From NCBI GenBank assembly GCA_039194925.1, contig JBCCVV010000006.1:205-64204 (forward strand): a stretch of DNA of 64,000 nt. The letters run 5' to 3'. Positions 25,947-34,900 of the stretch are shown piece by piece. Made by a program: the position numbers and the translations under genes. The notes beneath the pieces are model-generated. The model made no database searches, had not been told where the DNA came from, and saw only the letters and a program-made list of their open reading frames with translations. Every line of letters begins with the position of its first letter. The first letter of the stretch is position 1. The DNA is from Bacteroidota bacterium (GTDB taxonomy: Bacteria > Bacteroidota > Bacteroidia > Chitinophagales > Saprospiraceae).

Positions 25947-28900
25947 ATGGACGAAACAATAATGCTGATGAACTCATGCAAATACCCTTACGTTGCTAAG
26001 TTTATGCAGAACACGTTGTGGTTTGCATTCTTACTATTTGCAGTTGGTTATACCACTGCATGTTCCAATCCCACGTCGACTTTTCCAATAGTAGAAGATT
26101 TTGAAACGAATGCCCTGGTCAATTGGACCCAGGATTCAGGAGATGATTTCAACTGGTCCATCAACACTGGTGCTACTACTTCAGGAAGTACCGGACCAAG
26201 TGGAGCATACAGCGGCTCCTATTATGCATATACCGAAGCCACGACACCCAATAACCCAAATAAAATAGCAAATCTTATTTCTCCTTGTTTTACAGTTCAG
26301 TCAGGGACTACCACACAGATATCGTTTGCCTACCATATGTATGGGAATGGTCAGGGAACATTCAATCTGGATATTTCTACAAATGATGGAAGTTCATGGA
26401 CCACACTTTGGTCATTATCAGGCAATCAAGGGGACGTCTGGCGAGTACAATCACTAAATCTGAACCCATACATTGGGCAAGATGTATTACTTAGATTTCA
26501 CGTAGAAACAAATTCGTATCAATCCGATGTAGCCATAGATGATGTTGTACTTACAACTTCCAGTACAGGAGAAATATGTGATGATGGCATTGATAACGAT
26601 GGAGATGGGCTAATAGATGAGTACGATCCCGATTGTGGAGTGGTCTGCTACAATGATTGTGAGACACCCTATACCTTTGATTGGTTTGATGGATCAGGTT
26701 CAGGTGCAGTATGGAATATTACAAATGGGCAAAGTTCACTTACCAGAGTATATACCATTTCCGGGTCACAAGGAGAGTATAATGTTAGTGTTACACTGGA
26801 TAATCCGGATGGTCAGAATATTGATTTTACCAATTGTGGTACACCCGGAGGTACTTCTCATTTTTACACAGGAACATGCAATGATCCGAATGGAAATACC
26901 AATTGCGATGGAGACCCCAATACCAATGACTCACAATTCACCTATGGTTGCGATTTTCTCACGTTTGGTATTACTTCTGATAACGGCGATCAAAAAACAT
27001 CCTTTACCTACGATTTTGAATTTCCCTCTCAGATTTGCAACATGTTGATTGGCGATATTGATCACCAGGGTTGGGCATTCAACTCTCAGGATAGTTGGCA
27101 GGACGAGGTCGAAGTGGTAGCCATGAATAATGGAGTGCCAGTAGCGATCAACGCTGTAGTAGGAAGTAAGGTGAATGTATTTAACAACAATACCGATAGT
27201 CTTGTCTTGATCTCCGAATACAATGGTACATTAACTGGAGACCTTGTACATACCGATCCGGATGGTCATGCGACGATTACTACCTTAGATAAGGTTACAT
27301 CAATCAAATTTACCTATTCCAATGGCCCCGATGATGATGGACCAAGTAACGATCATGCCATTCGAATCAATGGTTTTGAATTTTGCCCGGAGGAAAAAGT
27401 AGAAATTTGCAATAACGAGATTGACGATGATGACGATGGCTTGGTCGATTGTGAGGATATAGATTGTGGAATGTTGGATAATATAGAATTCAAGGATGGA
27501 ACAGCGAATTGGAATTTATATAATCAGAGTGTTAATCAAAGTACATTTACCATTGATAATACCGGACAAATTTCAGGAAATAATTCCGCAAGGATTGACA
27601 TTACAGAGATTGGTTCTCAGGAGTGGTTTACTATCTTCGAACAAAATGGAGCAAGTATTGAAAGCGGAAAGACTTACCGTATCCACTTTAGCGCAAAAGC
27701 GAACATTAGTAGAGAAATTCAGGTATTAGTACAAAAAACGGGATTTCCATTTACGACATATTTCATCCAAGATGTTCCTATAGCTAATTTTAACGGAGAA
27801 TATGTATATGAATTTACAGCAACTACTTCGGATAATAGTGTCGATTTAACTTTCCACCTGGGACAAGCATTGGGAACCGTATGGTTGGATAAAATACAGT
27901 TGAAAGAAGTATGTCCTGATCCGGAATGTATTCTACCTTCTGATGATGGATTTGATATATGCAGCGGAGAAGTATTATCTGGAACAGTATCTACCAATGA
28001 CGCTGCCCCAACAAATTATTTCAATACCGTTTATCAAGTAACTACGCCTCCATCGAATGGAAATGTTGTCATGCAAGACGATGGAAGTTTTGTATATACC
28101 CCGGATTCAGGTGCAGCTGGAACGGATAACTTTGTTTACGAAAGATGCTATTCTTTCAAAAATGATGTAGGTTTATCAAATCTTATTTATAACCCTTGTG
28201 GTGAAGGAAAAATAATCGAGACCTTCATGGAAGGAATCGAAGGTGAAACGAATCCATCGATTGCCATTACGAATCCAACAGATTTTTCCCGGATTTTTGT
28301 GGAGGTTTGGGCTGAGTCTTCGTGCAGCTCAGTGACTATAGAAGGACAGGTAGCGACTGAAAATATTATTTACAGATCTAATGGATCACCGGATACAGAG
28401 CGAATTTACCGAGTAGAATTGAATTCTGTAAGCACAGATGGATTGATCGATATTTCAAGCACTGGAGGATGCACATTATCCAGCGCAGCAGCATATGTGG
28501 AGAGAGTTCAACCGAGTGGACAAGGTTCATCAAGTTTGGTCATAAGTGATATTGATTTGTTTTATAATTATGTTGGTGGAGATGATTGCTTCATCTACAG
28601 TATGCCGATAGGAACAAGCGATACCAATAGAGACATTACATTTGTTATCCCGCTTCATGAAAAAGATAATACAAGAAACGTAACTGCAAAAGTAATTGCC
28701 GGATCTGTATCAGAAATTGATTCTACTTCTTCGTGGTCTGCTATAGGTGAAGGTGCAGGAGTGATCGAAATTACCCTTTCCAATGTTCCTGGAAGTGTAA
28801 ACGTAGCAACCATTGAAGTATGTTCACCTAATGGTAATGGTGATTCATTTGGTGTAGGAATTATATCAGCGACAAGTTTGATTTGTACTGCAGAGCCTGT

Positions 28901-31900
28901 ATATGACTGCTGCTCTCAAGCTACTGCCACAGTGAATATATCTGCAGCAAGTATAGCCAATTCAAATCCTACATTATGTGCTGGATCAGGTTTTGCCACG
29001 CTGACTGCAAGTGATAATTCTTCGAGCTTGAATTATAGCTACGCATGGGGGCATACGACTGAAACAACATCGCAGGTAATCGTGAGTCCTACGGCGACTA
29101 CAACATATACAGTTACTGTCACAAATGATCAAGGGTGTATGAATACAGCAGAGACTACTGTTACGGTATTGCCCGACTTGGATGTGGACATTGATTATAG
29201 TGGTGAATTATGTTTAGAAGATAATACTCAATTATCTGCTTTAGTTAAGGGAGGTTCTGCACCATTCTCATACGCTTGGGCTGGACCAAATTCATTTACT
29301 GCCAATACCGATGTTATCACCATTCCTGAAAGTGGAAACTATAGCGTAACTGTAACTGATACACAGGGATGTACCGGACAATATTCGGCATTTGTATATG
29401 AAGCGTATGCTCCGTTAATCTTTGCATTGAATACAGAAGTCTGCGAAGGAGAGAGTGTAACCCTTTCTATAAATTCGGGAAGTGCGGTTCAATTTAATTG
29501 GGGTGCAAATGCAGGAAATGCAACTTCTTCTTCCGTAACTGTTACACCATCACCTCCATCCACGGATTATATGGTTACGGTTACCAATGATTTGGGATGT
29601 ACCTCAGAAGCTACGGCTACGATTAATGTTACTCCCAGGCCTGAAGTCTATTTTACGGGTGCAAATCCGATTTGCGTAGGTGAGACAACAACGTTGGAAC
29701 CAAACACTGGAGGTACATGGATAAGTACCAATAGTGCAGTAGCTTTGATTAATGATTTAGGTCAGGTGACAGCCGTATCCCCAGGTACTGTGAATTTTAT
29801 TTTTACCGATACCACGACTTTGTGTGAATCACTTCCCACTGCCGATTTGATCGTAAACCCAAGACCTACAGTCGAGGTAACAGGACCCACGTCTATTTGT
29901 GAAGGATTTACTTCTCAATTGTCACCAACAACTGGAGGTGTATGGATGAGCAATGATCCTACCATTGCCACTGTAAACAATAATGGTACAGTAATAGGTG
30001 TAAGTGAAGGAAGTACAACCTTCTACTTTACAAACTCCATTTCCGGATGTACATCTGATGATACACAACCCATAACGGTCAACGAAGTGCCCACTGCAAC
30101 AATAACGGGTGCTTCTAATCTGTGCATTGGTTCAACAACTACGTTATCACCTACTACGGGTGGTACCTGGACCAGTACAAATACTTCCGTCGCAACAGTA
30201 TCAAATGGAGGTATTGTTCAGGCAATTGCGACAGGAACGGCATCTTTCGCGTTTACCTCAAGTTTTGGCTGTGTATCACAACCAACCGAAGAAATTGTAG
30301 TAAACGATACACCTATTATATCTGTAACTGGAGAATCAGTAATTTGCGAAGGAGAAACCGCCACGTTAACGGTTTCCGGTGCAGATGCATATGTCTGGTC
30401 TACGGATGAGACAACCGAGTCAATCTTTGTAAGTCCTACCACCAATACGATATATGAGGTAACAGGATATAATGCAATAGGAACTGCCAGAAACCTGGTT
30501 ACGGAAGTAAATGGTTTTGATAATTCTAATTTTACATTTATCAATTCAACCAACTCTTATGCCGGGGCTGCCAGCTTGTTTGATGGAGTTGATAACACCA
30601 GTTCGGCAACTTTTCATGCCAGCCGTACGAATGCCGGTCAGACATGGGGTATTGGGTATAGTCTACAAACCGATTTTTTTATTGACCGTGTTGGTTTGGA
30701 TCGACGAAACGATTGTTGTACCACCAGAGCTCATGGAGGTGTGGTAGAGATATACAATGATGGCGAGCTTGTATTTACGAGCAACATTTTAACAGGAAGT
30801 GGTAATGGTGAACTGTATTGCAGCCCAAACCCAAATGTTGTTGGTGATGAAATAAGATATGTGTTTTTGAATGGTGTGAACAATGAAGATGGGAGTGGAA
30901 CCTTGAATTTTTCAGAATGGATTATAGAAGGACGAGATTATTGTGAGGTGCAAGAAAGTTTTACAGTAGGTGTCAATACTACTCCTACCGTTAATATTTC
31001 TGGTTCTACAACGTTATGTGTGGGAGAATCTACACAGCTTACAACGGATGCCTCCGGAGGGTTTTGGACAAGTAGTGATCCAAGTATAGCCATTGTATCC
31101 TCTACTGGTGTTGTAGTGGGGATTGGAGAAGGTTCAGTATCTTTTACATATACCGGAGCCAATGGATGTGAATCGGACGGCACTGGAATGATAACGATTG
31201 ACCCTGAAGTTGAAGTTGAAGTAGATTTCAATGGATCAATTTGTCTTACAGAAGATTCTCAATTAAGCGCAATTGTTAATAGTGGAACGGCGGGTTACAC
31301 TTATGCATGGATAGGGCCTGGCGGATTTGCCTCGTCGCAACAGACCATCGATATTTTGATCAATGGAAATTATAATCTTACGGTTACCGATTCCAAAGGA
31401 TGCAGTTCTAATACAACCGCCTTTGTTTACGAGGCGTATGAGCCATTTATCTTTGCCTTGAATACAGAAGTATGTGAAGGAGAAGAGGTAACACTTTCCG
31501 TTAACTCTTCATCCGCTGCCACTTATCAATGGGGAGTAAATGCTGGGAATGCTACAACTCAATCGGTAACGGTTACTCCTGGATTGCCTGCTACGACTTA
31601 TTTTGTCACTGTAACCAATAGTATAGGATGTACTACCGAGGCTACTGCAGTAATCAATGTAGAGCCGAAACCAACAGTAAGTATTACTGGTCCAGATGCC
31701 ATTTGTCAAAATGGAACAACTCAGTTATCTCCTTCCACTGGTGGTGTTTGGACGAGTGATGACTATACAGTGGCTACTGTTAGCAATACAGGCCTGGTGA
31801 CAGGAGTTGGAGCTGGAACCACCACGTTTACATTTAGAAGTGATGCCACAGGGTGCTTTTCCGATCCTTCAGAACCCATTACCGTTACAGATAATGCAGC

Positions 31901-34900
31901 CATAACGATCACCGGAGATAATCAAATTTGTATTGGAGATAATCCAATATTAATTGCTTCTGTGTTAGGTGGAAGTTGGAGTAGTAGCAACCTTGGAGTG
32001 GCTCAAATAAGCAGCACGGGAGTAATAACACCCAATGCTCAAGGAAGTGCCATAATAACGTATACGCCCCCTGAGGGAGATTGTTATTTTGATGCCACCT
32101 ATGAAATCAATGTGCATGAATCACCCAATCTTAGCATTAATGGTCCGTCTACCATTTGTGAAAACGATGTCACTTATCTTAGTGCATCAACAAATGGATC
32201 ATGGACAAGTAGTGATCCAGGTATAGCCACCGTATCTTCTACAGGAGTGGTGACAGGGGTAAGTGATGGAACGGTTACTTTCTCTTTTGTTTCCTCTGCC
32301 GGATGCCCAAAAACATTGGGTACACCAGTAACCGTGATTGGGAATCCTGTAATTAGTTTAAATGGACCTGCGGATATTTGTATAAACTCCACCACATCAT
32401 TACTTCCCAATTCTGGCGGTTTGTGGATGAGCAGTAATACAAACGTAGCGACAGTAAACAGCAATGGAATTGTGACAGGGATTAATCCCGGAATAGCCGC
32501 GTTTACCTTTATTGAGTTTACTTATGGTTGTACCTCTGAAAATACAATATCCATTACCGTGAATGATGATCCTGTGATCAATGGTTTGGATGATAATATT
32601 CTATGTATTGGTGAAACAACCACCATTACACCTTCAACGGGAGGTACGTGGTCTAGCTCAAATAATGCTGTAGCCACTATAGGCAATGATGGAACGATTA
32701 CAGCTATAGGACCCGGGTCAGCCACTTTTACATTTACAGATCTTTTAACTGGATGTACTTCCGAGGCATCCATGCCATTGACTGTGAATAGTAACCCCGA
32801 AACTAACTTTAACGGGCCTACATCTATTTGTGCTGGCGAAACTACTGCTATTTCACCTACAACAGGTGGGGATTGGTCCAGCACAAATGTAGCTGTTGCT
32901 ACAATTACTTCAAACGGGACTATAACAGGTGTGTCACCAGGTACGGTGCAATTTATCTTTACGAATAGCACAACGGGTTGTGTTTCAGACGCCAGTGAAG
33001 TTTTAACGGTTGATGATCCGGTAGATATCCAAGTTACGGGCCCTTCTAACATTTGTATTGGAGAGTCGACAACGTTTACTCCAACTACTGGTGGAACATG
33101 GGAAAGCAGCAATACGAATATCGCAACGATAACCAATAATGGAGTAGTTACAGGAGTAGCTCCTGGAACGGTTTCGTTCACGTTTAATAGTAGTACGGGA
33201 TGTACATCTGATCCTTCAGCTGAGATTACCATTGAAGCCAATCCTTCCATTGAATTCACAGGACCAACCGCAATTTGTATTGGTTCTACGACGACACTTA
33301 CTCCAACATCGGGAGGAGAATGGTCTAGCTCAAATAATGCAGTTGCCACGGTTGACAATAATGGTCTTGTAACTGCCTTAGCTACTGGAACGGCAAATTT
33401 CACGTTTGTTAGTTCGACAACCGGATGTGCATCAACAACAAATACCAATCTAAATGTATACGACAAACCTACAGCAGTCATCTCTGGTGAGAGTCAGATC
33501 TGTATTGGAGAAATGACTAATATGTTGCCTGCAACTGGAGGTACGTGGGTGAGCAGTGATAATGATGTAGCCACGATTGCTTCTAACGGTGTAGTAACAG
33601 CAATCAGTGCAGGAACAGTGACGTTTACCTTTTATGAAACAGGATCGGGTTGCGTTTCCGATGCCTCGGATCCTATAACGGTATTACCTCAACCAACTGT
33701 GGCGATTACGGGAGACAACATTCTTTGCGAGGGAGAAACGACTACGCTTAGCCCTACCTCTGGAGGAGTATGGATCAGTGACAATGAAATGGTTGCTACT
33801 GTGACGGATCAAGGTGTTGTCACGGGACATATGCAAGGATTAGTACGATTTACATTTACTTCCAATGACGGTTGCTCTTCAAATGAAACTTCGCCAGTGA
33901 TTGTTTATGGAAAATCTACGGTTGTTTTGGATAGTCCCAATCTATTGTGTTCAGAAGATACAGGACAAATGTTACCTTCTTCTGGAGGGACCTGGGATTC
34001 GACAGATCCATCTGTAGCTACTATTGATGATAATGGAGTGTTTACGGCTGTCTCGGCTGGTACCGTTCGATTTACATTTACCGATAGTTCGACAGGATGC
34101 ATTTCCGAATTGTCCGATTTGGTTACGGTAAATGAAACTCCTGCAATAAGTATAATTGGACCTACGAATATATGTGTGGGAGGTGTAACCAATCTGGTGC
34201 CAACAACTGGAGGGATTTGGACCAGTTTAAACCCGAGTATTGCAACCATTCAAAATAATGGTGAGGTAACCGGTATAGCTGATGGATCTGCTAGATTCAT
34301 ATTTACCAATGTCGCTACGGGATGTGTTTCGGACACTTCTTCGTACGTAATTGTGGGTTCAGGACCAACGATAACGTTTACTGGACCGCAAGACGTTTGT
34401 ATTGGAGAAACATCGAGCATATCACCTTCAACAGGCGGTACATGGATAAGTACGAATCCTTCAGTGGCAAGCATAGATGATAATGGATTGATAACCGCAA
34501 TAAGTCAAGGTTCTGCTCGATTCATTTATACTGAAACGGCTTCAGGTTGTACTTCCGATCAAAGTGAAACACTAATTGTCAATGGACCACCAACAGTTTC
34601 TGTTTCGGGTTCAAATGCGATTTGTGTGAATAGTACGACCACCTTGTCTCCTTCCAGTGGTGGGACATGGATCAGTTTACATCCTGCAATCGCAGCCGTC
34701 GATGATTTTGGGAATGTCACAGGATTCGCTCCTGGAACTGCATATTTCGTCTTTACGGACAGCGCAACCGGATGTGAATCCGATGGTTCGTTAAGTGTTG
34801 AAATTGAAGATGGAATAGATGTGGGAATAACTGGAGATACAGAAATCTGTATTGGATATTCAACTACACTGTCACCATCTACAGGAGGTTTTTGGACCAG

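Noticed and set aside
32522-33481. Long antisense ORFs inside the giant genes: 32522-33481 (319 aa), 22880-23524, 11788-12405, 12835-13278, 13894-14316, 3949-4356, 20918-21316, 22328-22687 and others on the minus strand.
   Set aside because: All lie wholly inside the sense frames, which are conserved across three paralogs. Their V/P/S/T/E-rich translations simply mirror the Thr/Ser/Gly/Val/Asn-rich sense codon usage, which rarely produces antisense stops. They have no starts with signal or domain features and no independent conservation.
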